Assembly: GCA_018694835.1 (NCBI GenBank)
Contig: JABHOG010000047.1
Span: 34,149 to 98,148 of the forward strand
DNA length: 64,000 bases
Direction of reading: 5' to 3'
Origin: Planctomycetota bacterium
Lineage (GTDB): Bacteria; Planctomycetota; UBA8108; UBA1146
Positions 43,341 through 51,934 of this stretch are shown here, piece after piece. The notes beneath the pieces were generated by a model. The model ran no database searches and was not told where the DNA came from. It worked only from the letters and a program-made list of their open reading frames with translations. How positions within the stretch are numbered: the first letter of the stretch is position 1; each line of letters opens with the position of its first letter. The position numbers and the translations under genes were made by a program.

Positions 43341-44240
43341 TCAATCGTTGAAATCGATCGGAGGCAGGTTCAGACCACGAACAATATCCCACTCCTGGTC
43401 CTCGGCCGCCTCGATGCCATCAAACTTGATCGTCGATAACAAATTTCGCCCTTCCTCCGATTGCCCGAGACCAATCAACGCTTCTGCAATTCGTTGCCTT
43501 GTCTTGGCATCGACACTGGGATGGATGGCGAAAGCATGGGGAGTGTACTTTCTTGTGCGGTAAATGGGTATCAGCTGGGACGACACCTGCGGGTCGACAT
43601 TATTGAAGGTGCGAATGATACCACCACCTGCGACATACAACCCCTGGGCAACGCTCCGGTAGACCGAGTCATGGGAAGAGACATATTCCGACTGGAACTC
43701 GATGGGAACTTTCCGAGCCTTCAGTTCCTTGGTGGATAGCAGGGTCGCCGCAAACGCATCCGGTGCGGGGAATGCCAACGTCTTACCAGCCAGGTCATTC
43801 AGATCCATGCTTTCATTATCCTTGTGCACCACCAGGATGCCCTGGATCTTCTTGCCCTTCTGCTTGGCTACTGCGATGAAACCCGGATCCTCATGAAACT
43901 GGGTGTAGTGAAACGGATTCATGTAGGCAATCTTGTAACTTCCATCTTTACAGCGCTTCTCGAACTCAGGAATATCCTTGGCGGTCTGAAATACCAGTTT
44001 CACTCCGGCATCTTCACCCACCAATTTCATGATGGGCATCCACAGTTTTGCGAGTTTGGATGCGGATTGCTGGGGAACGATTCCAAATGTGAGGGTTTCA
44101 CCCTGTTTCGCCGGATTTTGCGCCGATTCAGTCGCGGTGGAGGGCGCTGGGACCGGTTTCTCCGAAGAGCAACCGCATAGAAGCAGCGCTCCGAAGAGTA
44201 ATCCTCCGAGCCGCTGAACATAATCACTGGAACTGTTCAT
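43341..44240 (-). CDS. Periplasmic substrate-binding lipoprotein, PhnD/SsuA-like (phosphonate-binding fold)
   Basis: Lipobox LLLCGCSS. TFGIVPQQSASKLAKLWMPIM is typical of the Phosphonate-bd family. It sits immediately upstream of the hybrid kinase on the same strand, so it is probably a sensor partner. ATG at 44240. Confidence 0.7.
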   Translation of the reverse strand: MNSSSDYVQRLGGLLFGALLLCGCSSEKPVPAPSTATESAQNPAKQGETLTFGIVPQQSASKLAKLWMPIMKLVGEDAGVKLVFQTAKDIPEFEKRCKDGSYKIAYMNPFHYTQFHEDPGFIAVAKQKGKKIQGILVVHKDNESMDLNDLAGKTLAFPAPDAFAATLLSTKELKARKVPIEFQSEYVSSHDSVYRSVAQGLYVAGGGIIRTFNNVDPQVSSQLIPIYRTRKYTPHAFAIHPSVDAKTRQRIAEALIGLGQSEEGRNLLSTIKFDGIEAAEDQEWDIVRGLNLPPIDFND

Positions 44241-44509
44241 CCTTATTTCCTCACCATTGAGGATCAAGTTTATACCGCAACCGTGCGTCTTCCTACCAAA
44301 CGGGTCAAGGAAGTGGCTCCAGATCGGGGGGGCACCTACCCTCCACCAGATCCTGCAGTTCGACCTCAAGTGACGCAACCGAGAGTGGTGGCAAGAGCCT
44401 CGACAGGACCATCTCCGGCCCTCCACGGGTTATAGGAAGATGGCCAGCAGTGGATTCATCTCCGACCCATCACTGCAGACCAGATCTGCGTCACCTCTGA
44501 CTCCCAACT

Positions 44510-44738
44510 ATGAGCACCAGGTCCGTGCTAAAACTGCAGCGCCCTGGTTCCTTCCTATCGATGTACACCGCTCGTTACTCCTCCAGCCCCGAGATCTTTC
44601 AGGCAATCCTCGACCAGGGCGCTGACCCCCTCCCCAGGTGCAAGGGATGGCAAGAAGGCGATCGACCATGCCAAGAAGAACAAGATGCTGGTGGGAACAA
44701 AGGCCTACTGGAACCTCCACGACAAGTCGTTGGAGTGA
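44510..44738 (+). pseudogene. Frameshifted remnant of an ankyrin-repeat gene 3' end
   Basis: One frame gives GSFLSMYTARYSSSPEIFQAILDQGADP. After a C-run (gaccccctcccc) the +1 frame gives RDGKKAIDHAKKNKMLVGTKAYWNLHDKSLE*. Together these parallel the C-terminus of the intact ankyrin gene (GSTLLMYAAQNSWTPEVVQLLIDRGAD...EGKKAVQYAFQNLRIDGKWTFRNL*). Confidence 0.35.
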
Positions 44739-44836
44739 GCTGAGTTCCTTTCGCCTCCTCGTTGTCCTTCAGAGTGACTCCGAATAAAATCGATTCCAGA
44801 CCCTTAGGCCGAGGCACTTCACGAAAGGATCTCGCC

Positions 44837-45217
44837 ATGAAAATTACGCTACTGATGATGTCATTCCTGATCCTGGTCAGCCTGAGTGTCGGGTGCCAGG
44901 CCTTGAAGATGGACTATGGGGAGCCGGCGGCGCAGTTTCTGGAAAAGGATGTGGCTGCACTAGGACAGAAATATCTGGGCAAAAAAATCACCATCAAAGG
45001 GACCGTGATCGATGTCAGCAACCCGCAAGCCGGATGGATCCATCTTGGAAACGGGATCCGTTGCGATTTCAGCCGTTTACCCGCGATGGCACAGAGCAAG
45101 AAGCCCGGTGACATCTGTTTTATCGACGGCATTCTAAAAGAATGTGAGGAAGGGAATATCCTGCTCGAATCGGCAATGCTGCGGGATCCCACCGCGCCCT
45201 TCTCACCGGAGCGATAG
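44837..45217 (+). CDS. Small hypothetical lipoprotein (126 aa)
   Basis: MKITLLMMSFLILVSLSVGC (lipobox). RBS AAAGGA 8 nt upstream. Confidence 0.55.
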   Translation: MKITLLMMSFLILVSLSVGCQALKMDYGEPAAQFLEKDVAALGQKYLGKKITIKGTVIDVSNPQAGWIHLGNGIRCDFSRLPAMAQSKKPGDICFIDGILKECEEGNILLESAMLRDPTAPFSPER

Positions 45218-45232
45218 AACTGCAGACGCGAC

Positions 45233-45316
45233 TCAGGCGGTCGCGGCCAGTGCGGGGACTTGCCCGACCAGTTGGTTCCACTCCGTCTCATCGAGACCGC
45301 TCGCGATCCACTGCAT
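45233..45316 (-). pseudogene. 28-codon remnant of a hemerythrin-like gene 3' end
   Basis: Encodes MQWIASGLDETEWNQLVGQVPALAATA*. Over 81 bp it is about 80% identical to the 3' end of the intact hemerythrin-like gene at 46700-46780 (SQWIASGLGESEWNQLVGSVPALATTA*). Homology ends exactly at the cagtgg junction. Confidence 0.5.
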
Positions 45317-45415
45317 TCTCCCCCATCATTCAATGCAAAAAAAAGGTGGAGGCAATGTGCAGATCTTGGCGTAGGATCTGTTCAGAGAGGTTCGCCGTGC
45401 CTCTCGTGCCTTGAA

Positions 45416-46561
45416 ATGATGTCCATGTCTCGAAATCCGTTCTTCTTCCTGGCTCTCCTCATTCCAACATTTCTTCTGGGTCTCTGGGTCGGGAAACTCC
45501 CTCCTGTCGATGATCCATCCCCAGGGTCTCCTCCGCTGCTGTCTATTGAGGGTCAGGACTCCTCGCAGGCATCAGCCCTCATCACCGCGCCAATCTTGCC
45601 CCCTACACTCGATGCCCAATTGCATGCAGCATTGGGGCGGATGGGCACGTCCCCTGAGGATCTTCAGAAACTCCTCGATTCGGGTGCAGATGTTGATTCC
45701 GTAATAGATGGATGCCCTGTGCTGATCTCTGCGATCGACTCACAGAGTCCTGGAATTCTACTGTTCCTTCTGGAGCAGGGTGCCGAGCTTGAAGCCCGTG
45801 ATCAGTACGGGAATGCACCTCTGTCGATTGCAGCTTCCAGTTACCGGGAAGGTGCAACAGAAGAGGTCAGGATTCTCCTCGACGCAGGTGCTCAGATCGA
45901 AGCGCAAGATCACCTGGGAAATACCGCCCTGATGTCCGCGATGTTCCATTCCTCCGGCATCGAAACCGTCCACCTGTTGCTGGAGAAAGGCGCAAATCTC
46001 GAAGCGCGAAACAACAAAGGTTGGACACCATTGATGTGCGCAACGGCAAGTCTGCATCATTCTGATCTTACAAAATTGAAGTACCTCCTGGACAGTGGAG
46101 CCCAGATGGAAGTGGTCGGTCATGCGGGTGAAACGCCACTGATGCTGGCGGCTCAGGATGTGAATATCGAGGGGTTCGAATATCTGCTGGAAAAAGGCGC
46201 CGATCCTGAAGTTCGCTGCTCCAGAGGTTCCACACTCCTCATGTATGCGGCCCAAAATTCGTGGACGCCGGAAGTGGTTCAACTCCTCATAGACCGAGGA
46301 GCCGATCTTGACGCAACGAATGACCAGGGCTGGACTGCTCTCATGTTCGCAGCAAATACCGATTCACATGAATCAGGAACTGCGTGGCGCAATCAAATTA
46401 CTCCAGACATCATCGTACAGTTGCTGCTCGATGCGGAAGCCGACCCAAAAATCGTCAATAACGAGGGGAAAAAGGCGGTGCAATACGCATTTCAGAATCT
46501 ACGAATCGATGGCAAATGGACCTTCAGGAACTTGTACGATGTCTCAGATTGGAGTCCATAG
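45416..46561 (+). CDS. Ankyrin-repeat protein with N-terminal TM/signal segment
   Basis: At least 8 ankyrin repeats (G.TPLM.AA....E.V..LL..GA). N-terminal hydrophobic FFFLALLIPTFLLGLWV. ATG at 45416. Confidence 0.8.
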   Translation: MMSMSRNPFFFLALLIPTFLLGLWVGKLPPVDDPSPGSPPLLSIEGQDSSQASALITAPILPPTLDAQLHAALGRMGTSPEDLQKLLDSGADVDSVIDGCPVLISAIDSQSPGILLFLLEQGAELEARDQYGNAPLSIAASSYREGATEEVRILLDAGAQIEAQDHLGNTALMSAMFHSSGIETVHLLLEKGANLEARNNKGWTPLMCATASLHHSDLTKLKYLLDSGAQMEVVGHAGETPLMLAAQDVNIEGFEYLLEKGADPEVRCSRGSTLLMYAAQNSWTPEVVQLLIDRGADLDATNDQGWTALMFAANTDSHESGTAWRNQITPDIIVQLLLDAEADPKIVNNEGKKAVQYAFQNLRIDGKWTFRNLYDVSDWSP

Positions 46562-46626
46562 CCTCTCACTGAAAATACAGGTGTCGGCGGTTCGCTCCGC
46601 CCCTGGCCACATTTCAAAATACATCA

Positions 46627-46664
46627 CCCCGCCGGGTCTCAGGACCCTGCGGGGTTTTTCTTTT
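46627..46664. terminator. Bidirectional intrinsic terminator between the convergent ankyrin and hemerythrin genes
   Basis: CCCCGCCGGGTC-TCAG-GACCCTGCGGGG followed by TTTTTCTTTT on the plus strand. An A-rich tract on the other side serves the minus strand. Confidence 0.6.
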
Positions 46665-46699
46665 GATCGGTCGTGACCATCTCTGGAAGATGTGGTTGC

Positions 46700-47353
46700 C
46701 TAGGCGGTGGTGGCGAGGGCGGGCACTGACCCGACCAGTTGGTTCCACTCCGACTCCCCGAGACCGGAAGCGATCCACTGGCTGAGTATCGGCAGGAACT
46801 CCGGGGGAACTCCAGCGATCATGTTCTGGGCCACGCAGACACGATCCGCGGCATCGATGTGGGTGAACCACCACGGCATCATCTCCTGCATGAACTCGGG
46901 CGAGCAGAACTCCATGATCCTGCCGTCGAGCGCCCAGATCTCGGCCGCCTCGAAGTGCTTCATCATCGCCGGCATGATCTGCTGCTCCTCTCCATCGAGA
47001 TGAGTCAGCAGCAGTTGCTGGAGAGCAGCCAGGTCGCTCTGGATGTCGGTCGAGTTGCCGCCCGATAGAGTGGCCACAAGGGCTTCGATTTGACGGTGCT
47101 GGTCGACGCTGGCACCGGTCGAGCCGGGAGCGCGTTGCTCCAGAGGAGGGAAGAAGAGCGTGTCTTCCAGTTCCGAGTGCTTCTCGAGGATGCGAGCAAA
47201 GCGCGGGAAGTCGCTGGCGAACAGTTCGTCTCCGCCGGCGATGATCCGCGCCAGATCCCGGCGCAGGGCACGGTGGACATAGACGAAGTTATCCGCAACG
47301 GCAGCGTACTTTTCCGGGTCTACCATCGCTGGATCATCGGCAGCTTCGCTCAT
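46700..47353 (-). CDS. Hemerythrin-like (HHE cation-binding) domain protein
   Basis: His/Glu-rich helical pairs (HRALRRDL...HSELEDTLFFP...HLDGEE...MKHFEAAE) fit the hemerythrin four-helix metal site. ATG at 47353 after GAGGAG. Last gene of the heme oxygenase operon. Confidence 0.65.
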   Translation of the reverse strand: MSEAADDPAMVDPEKYAAVADNFVYVHRALRRDLARIIAGGDELFASDFPRFARILEKHSELEDTLFFPPLEQRAPGSTGASVDQHRQIEALVATLSGGNSTDIQSDLAALQQLLLTHLDGEEQQIMPAMMKHFEAAEIWALDGRIMEFCSPEFMQEMMPWWFTHIDAADRVCVAQNMIAGVPPEFLPILSQWIASGLGESEWNQLVGSVPALATTA

Positions 47354-47364
47354 GGTATTTCTCC

Positions 47365-48555
47365 TCAAAGACTCGACATCAGCGTCTTCTTGTCCCAGTA
47401 GGAACGAATGCTGGAGATCAATCCATCGGGATTGACGGTGAAGACAGAGACCCCCTCGAAGGTCAGTTCCTTGTCCTTGGTGCGCAACTTTGCCACACCG
47501 GTCCACCGGACAGCGGCCTCGTTCCCCGCCACGAACATGTCGTCCTCGGTCAGTGCCATCTTCTCGAAGAAGCCTGAGAGCGCCTTGAAGTAGTTGGTCG
47601 ACTTGTCGCGGACCAGCAACGGCGGTGTGCCGACCGGATCCCAGCTCAAGGCGTCTTCACTGAAGAGTTCGAGCAACTCGTCGACCTGCATGTTGCGCAG
47701 GCACGAGAAATATCCGCCGACGATCTTTGCGATCTGCTCCTTGCTCAACTTCTCGGGGGGCGCTGATTTCGGCGCTTCGGGAGGGTTGTCGCCGAGGTAC
47801 TGCTCCTTGAGAGCTTCAATCTCTGCATCGTCGGCGGGGGGAGCACAGTGTGAAGGCGCGAACTCCGCGACATACTCGCGAAGATGCTCGGGGAGTTGCT
47901 CGTAGGAGTCGATACGTGCGGCAGTGGTCTGCATGAAGCCGTCCCCCATGCCTGCGAAGGCCGGCAGCGTACCGTAGCGGTTCATCACCATCACATCGGC
48001 CACCCCGGGAGCGGTCGAGCCGTTGTAAGCCTCGTTGAACCAGACCTTGCCGATCGGGGTCTCGACCTCGCCGTAGAGGGTCCAGTAGAAGAAGGTGGTG
48101 TCGCCGGAGCGCTGTGCGAAGACCTTGTCGTTACTGACCTTTGCCAGACCGTAGTGGCCGTTCTGATGGGGTCCGCTGAGGCCCTCGGTATGGATCACGA
48201 TGTGGCGATCCTTCAGTTCGAACAGGGCCTCGATGTAGGGATACTCGCGGATGACGTGGCTACCATCTTCATTCTGCAAGATCTCGCCAGTGTCTGGATC
48301 ACGATAGATCACCAGGGTCCGACACACCGCCTTCGCCTGGTTCCCTTCCAACATCACCAGTCGGTTACTCACCAGCGCCTCGACGCCGGCGATGATTTCC
48401 CCACCCGGCTGGCGATAGAGTTTCCCGACGCTGTGGTAAAAAATCGGCTCGCCGTCACCTACATCGAAGGAGATGAACTCCTTGAAGGTCTCAGGGTCGA
48501 AGCCGTGGTCCGCATCATCCGCAGCGGTCTCGCCGCCCATCCTCACGATGTCCAT
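47365..48555 (-). CDS. Hypothetical two-domain protein: N-terminal unknown domain (about 270 aa) + C-terminal NTF2/SnoaL-like domain
   Basis: The C-terminal 120 aa (IVGGYFSCLRNMQVDELLELFSEDALSWDP...AGNEAAVRWTGVAKLRTKDKELTFEGVSVFTVNPDGLISSIRSYWD) have the SnoaL/ketosteroid-isomerase-like pattern. ATG at 48555 after AGGAGA. Confidence 0.6.
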   Translation of the reverse strand: MDIVRMGGETAADDADHGFDPETFKEFISFDVGDGEPIFYHSVGKLYRQPGGEIIAGVEALVSNRLVMLEGNQAKAVCRTLVIYRDPDTGEILQNEDGSHVIREYPYIEALFELKDRHIVIHTEGLSGPHQNGHYGLAKVSNDKVFAQRSGDTTFFYWTLYGEVETPIGKVWFNEAYNGSTAPGVADVMVMNRYGTLPAFAGMGDGFMQTTAARIDSYEQLPEHLREYVAEFAPSHCAPPADDAEIEALKEQYLGDNPPEAPKSAPPEKLSKEQIAKIVGGYFSCLRNMQVDELLELFSEDALSWDPVGTPPLLVRDKSTNYFKALSGFFEKMALTEDDMFVAGNEAAVRWTGVAKLRTKDKELTFEGVSVFTVNPDGLISSIRSYWDKKTLMSSL

Positions 48556-48578
48556 CTGGTATTCTCCTGGTCTGAAGC

Positions 48579-49370
48579 CTAGGCACCCTTTCGCCTATTA
48601 GAACGCATGGGGAGGAAGTTCGCGAGGGTGCGAATCCAGCTCCCCTCCAGCTCCTCGAACAGGCCCTGGTTGAGGGCGAATACCTGCTTGGCCTCGTCGA
48701 TGATTTGCTGGCTACGCTCATCCGTGAGCGGCAACTGGTTGAGGCGATTACGGTATTCATTCTTGAAGATCCTGGCCTTCTCGATCTCATCGAAATCGAA
48801 GAAGCGCAGGCCGTCACGACCCTCCAGGCCGAGTGAACGACGAGCGATCTTGGAGATCACCTGTCCTCCGGAGAGATCTCCGAGGTAACGCGTGTAACTG
48901 TGAGCCACCAGCAGTCCCGGATCGTTCTCTCCCAGCCAATGGATGCGGTCGATGTACTCCTTACGAGCAGAAGTCATACGCAACTGATTCTTCCAGTCCT
49001 CGCCGTAGAGGAACTCGAGGTCACGTTCGAGGACCGCCTTGCGGCTGAGTTCGGGGAAGTGGATCTGGCTGACCAGTGGATTGTCCTTGTGGCGCTCGAG
49101 TTCCTCCTCCAGCGCATCGTAGACCAGGTACATCCCGGCTTGCATGTTGGCGAAGCTCTCCATATCCATCACGCCCCTCAGGATCCCCTTGACGAAGTTG
49201 GTAGATTCGACGAAGCGGTGAGCCTGGGCAGTCTCGGTCCGGAGACGTTGAGCGAAGGTGATCTCTTCCTTGTCGCTGGCGACAGCATCGGCGCGCAAGT
49301 TCTTCGGCTGATCTGGCTTCTGGTCGGAAATCGTCTCTCGGTTGATCTCGTCTTGCTTGAGGTCTGTCAT
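48579..49370 (-). CDS. Heme oxygenase (HO-1/HmuO family)
   Basis: Canonical HO signature [29 protein letters not shown] (compare human HO-1 [27 protein letters not shown]). The proximal-helix region [12 protein letters not shown] contains the heme-ligand His. Confidence 0.85.
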   Translation of the reverse strand: [263 protein letters not shown]

Positions 49371-49398
49371 GAGTCACCACCCTTGCTGAAAAGTCGCG

Positions 49399-49465
49399 GT
49401 ATGCGGGCCCGCTTTCCCTGCGGGCTCTCGCCCGCTACCTGTCTATCCGTACCGCTGGGATCACC
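49399..49465 (-). promoter_or_regulatory. Structured leader element copy 1 (GC-rich hairpin GTAGCGGGC-GAGA-GCCCGCAGGG) between small ORF and heme oxygenase
   Basis: About 55 nt here match the second copy about 435 bp upstream at 21/26 positions in the core. Both end with an atccgY...tcaccgg block. Same orientation as the operon. Confidence 0.3.
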
Positions 49466-49680
49466 GGACCGAAAAACTTCAGTGGATCGTGAGATTCGAT
49501 CGAGAGATGCGCTCGTGATCGGCTTGAATCGCAGGTAACTGGCAGGAAACGGACATTTACCGGTATTTGCCAGCAGTGGAATCCACTGACCTCCACCCTC
49601 AATTGCCAGCGCCCTCGACTGCCGTGAAACCCGACAGGAGAGGGCGTGGAGGCCACTTTCGAGGAACCCAATCGGCGCGG

Positions 49681-49794
49681 CTAGCCACCGATTCCGAGGT
49701 ACACGGCCATGCTCGGCACTGCCAACCACAAGAGGCCCTTCACTGTGAAGAAGATCAGACCCCAGACTCCGAAGCGTTTGACTATTGCTGTCAT
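49681..49794 (-). CDS. Possible 37-aa small hydrophobic leader peptide (MTAIVKRFGVWGLIFFTVKGLLWLAVPSMAVYLGIGG)
   Basis: An ATG-to-TAG ORF not in the track because it is under 60 aa. One predicted TM helix. Flanked by the two conserved hairpin elements. RBS is weak (GGTGA). Confidence 0.3.
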   Translation of the reverse strand: MTAIVKRFGVWGLIFFTVKGLLWLAVPSMAVYLGIGG

Positions 49795-49834
49795 GTTTCA
49801 CCGACTTTCTGTCCACTTACACACCGGAGGCGAG

Positions 49835-49890
49835 TCCCGGCGACCCCGCAGGCTCATGCCCGCTACAGGGTGATCCGCTTCACCGGGGGG
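49835..49890 (-). promoter_or_regulatory. Structured leader element copy 2 (hairpin GTAGCGGGC-ATGA-GCCTGCGGGG) upstream of small ORF
   Basis: See copy 1. It is followed by a G8 run at 49884-49891. Confidence 0.3.
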
Positions 49891-50094
49891 GCCGGACTGA
49901 TTATTTTAAAAAGGATCTATGAGGGCTGCTAACAGCATCTGGAGCCCAAATACGGGCCCAACGACGTTCGGTTGGAGAGGGGCGAGGAGCCTACCCTCGG
50001 CAGATGGAAGTGGGCGCTGCCTGGGTACCGATGCGGTGGAAGGGGTAGATGCGGTGAAAGGGGTCGATGCGATCTGGCACGGCGGCCATCGCCC

Positions 50095-51519
50095 TTACAG
50101 GCAGGAATCTCCTGAATCTTCGCACTCGAGCGCATCATCGGTCGGATCCTGACCGCACGAGCCGACCGGCTCCGGCAGTGGCGGGGCCCCGCTGAAGAGA
50201 ACCGCCAGCAAGGTCACCGCATCGGAGATGTTGATCCCCCCATCATCGTTGGTGTCGGCGGCATCCAGACAACCCGGGGTGAACCCATTGTTGAAGAGGT
50301 AAGCGAGCAGGAACACGGCATCGGCGATGTTGGTGTTGCCATCGCCGTTGAGTTCGCCGCGCCTGAAGGTTCCGATCACAGTCAGATTCAGGTAGTAGGA
50401 GACGGTCGACTGGTCGTAGTTGCCGACAACGATGTCGAGACTTCCATCCTCATTCACATCCACCAGTTCCAGCCCAGAGAAGGCCACCGATCCGTCGAGG
50501 GTCCACACATCCAGGAATTCCAAGGCCCCGATACCCTGCAGGATGAGAAACCCGCCGGAGGCGAAGTTTCTGATCACCAGGTCGGTGATGCCATCGAGGT
50601 CGAGATCCCCACCGGCAACATGGCGCTGATTGTTTCCGGTGAAGATCGGGATCCCGGCCTGGGGAATCCCGGCATTCAGCGTGAAGATTCCAAGGTTACC
50701 CAGCCCCTCCTCGATCGACACGATCTCGGGAAGTCCGCCATCAAGGTCGATGGCCAGCGTCGACCAGTGAGACTCGGTCAGCCCGCCGATCTCGCGTTCC
50801 TCGGCGGAGAAGGTCCTGCTCCCCTGGTAGAGGCTGGTCGCAACCCCACCTCCGCTGCCGGCGTTGAAACCGCAGCACAGGTCGAGGTCGCCATCGCCAT
50901 CGAGATCGGCGATATCGAAGCTGAGTGGATATCCCGTCAGCAGGATCGACGACAGACCGTCAAACGCTGCCAGCGGATCATCGATTCCTGTCCCCCATGC
51001 CACCTGTAACCGCGAACCGAACAATTCGACGGCGATCACATCGAGGTGCCCATCATCGTCGATATCGGCGAGTTGTACCTGCGGATTTCCGCCTCCCCAG
51101 CCGGGCACCAACCTCGGCTGTTCGCTGAAGGTTCCGTCGCCGTTTCCTTCCATGTAGGCAAATTGGCCGCTCAGGAAATCGGTCACGACCGCATCGATGA
51201 CTCCATCCTCGTTGATGTCGCCGAAATCGATCGCCCAGGGCCAGTTGATGGAGATCGCGTTGAAGACGGGGGCATCGAAATTACCGCTGCCATCGCCGAG
51301 AGCGACGAACATCCCCGAAGTGAGTGCCGGCTCCCCCTGCAAGGCGATGATGTCGAGGTGGCCATCGGAATCGACGTCCGCCATCTTGACGGCATTGACC
51401 TTGTCCGCCATCACGACCGATACGGGCGGGGCAAATTCGATGGCAGCCTGCTGAGATTGGCCAGTTGCGGGCAATAGCGCCGCCGTCAGTAGGGCGAAAA
51501 GTGTGTATCGAACGCTCAT
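50095..51519 (-). CDS. Secreted FG-GAP/VCBS-repeat beta-propeller protein with C-terminal dockerin-like module
   Basis: Signal peptide MSVRYTLFALLTAALLPATG. Repeated DxDGDGxxD loops (DVDSDGHLDII, DIDDDGHLDVI, DLDGDGDLDL). C-terminal LNGDGNTNIADAVFLLAYLF and TNDDGGINISDAVTLLAVLF, then CGQDPTDDALEC. ATG after GGGAGG. Confidence 0.75.
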   Translation of the reverse strand: MSVRYTLFALLTAALLPATGQSQQAAIEFAPPVSVVMADKVNAVKMADVDSDGHLDIIALQGEPALTSGMFVALGDGSGNFDAPVFNAISINWPWAIDFGDINEDGVIDAVVTDFLSGQFAYMEGNGDGTFSEQPRLVPGWGGGNPQVQLADIDDDGHLDVIAVELFGSRLQVAWGTGIDDPLAAFDGLSSILLTGYPLSFDIADLDGDGDLDLCCGFNAGSGGGVATSLYQGSRTFSAEEREIGGLTESHWSTLAIDLDGGLPEIVSIEEGLGNLGIFTLNAGIPQAGIPIFTGNNQRHVAGGDLDLDGITDLVIRNFASGGFLILQGIGALEFLDVWTLDGSVAFSGLELVDVNEDGSLDIVVGNYDQSTVSYYLNLTVIGTFRRGELNGDGNTNIADAVFLLAYLFNNGFTPGCLDAADTNDDGGINISDAVTLLAVLFSGAPPLPEPVGSCGQDPTDDALECEDSGDSCL

Positions 51520-51934
51520 GAGGCCTCCCCCGCCATTGTCGCACGATTCATCGCTCAAGTCCTTCGTCATGCCCTACCCAGGAAGATAGGTGATCGAATG
51601 ACAATTGCCAACAGCACACAGGTAGGGAATCGTCAGAGCGGAATCCACAACTCATCGCTCCTTGCCAGGTCTGGCAGCACTCAGACCGTCGCTGGTCGCC
51701 ATTTCACCCAGCCGTAGTGGACCGATACTGACGGTGGCTACGGCCTGGTCATCTCTGCGACGGGCTCTCTTCCCACTCTTCCATCGTGAGCCAGCTTTCA
51801 CGCAGTTTGGCACCGTGGAAGAGACCGAGAATCGTCTGGTCCCTCATCGCATCCATCCGTCTCGACGCACGGATATCGCCGATGACGAGCAGCCGTTCGC
51901 CGCCCATCCGGCACGGGATGAAGGGCGGAGCCGA

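Noticed and set aside
44440-44743. Two overlapping short ORFs (44440-44625, 44510-44743) as real genes
   Set aside because: They are better explained as a frameshifted ankyrin-gene remnant (see findings). No RBS is present.
49367-49816. 149-aa minus-strand ORF over the heme oxygenase leader
   Set aside because: Low-complexity and Arg/Ser/Gly-rich, with no RBS. The region is better explained by hairpin elements plus a 37-codon micro-ORF in another frame.
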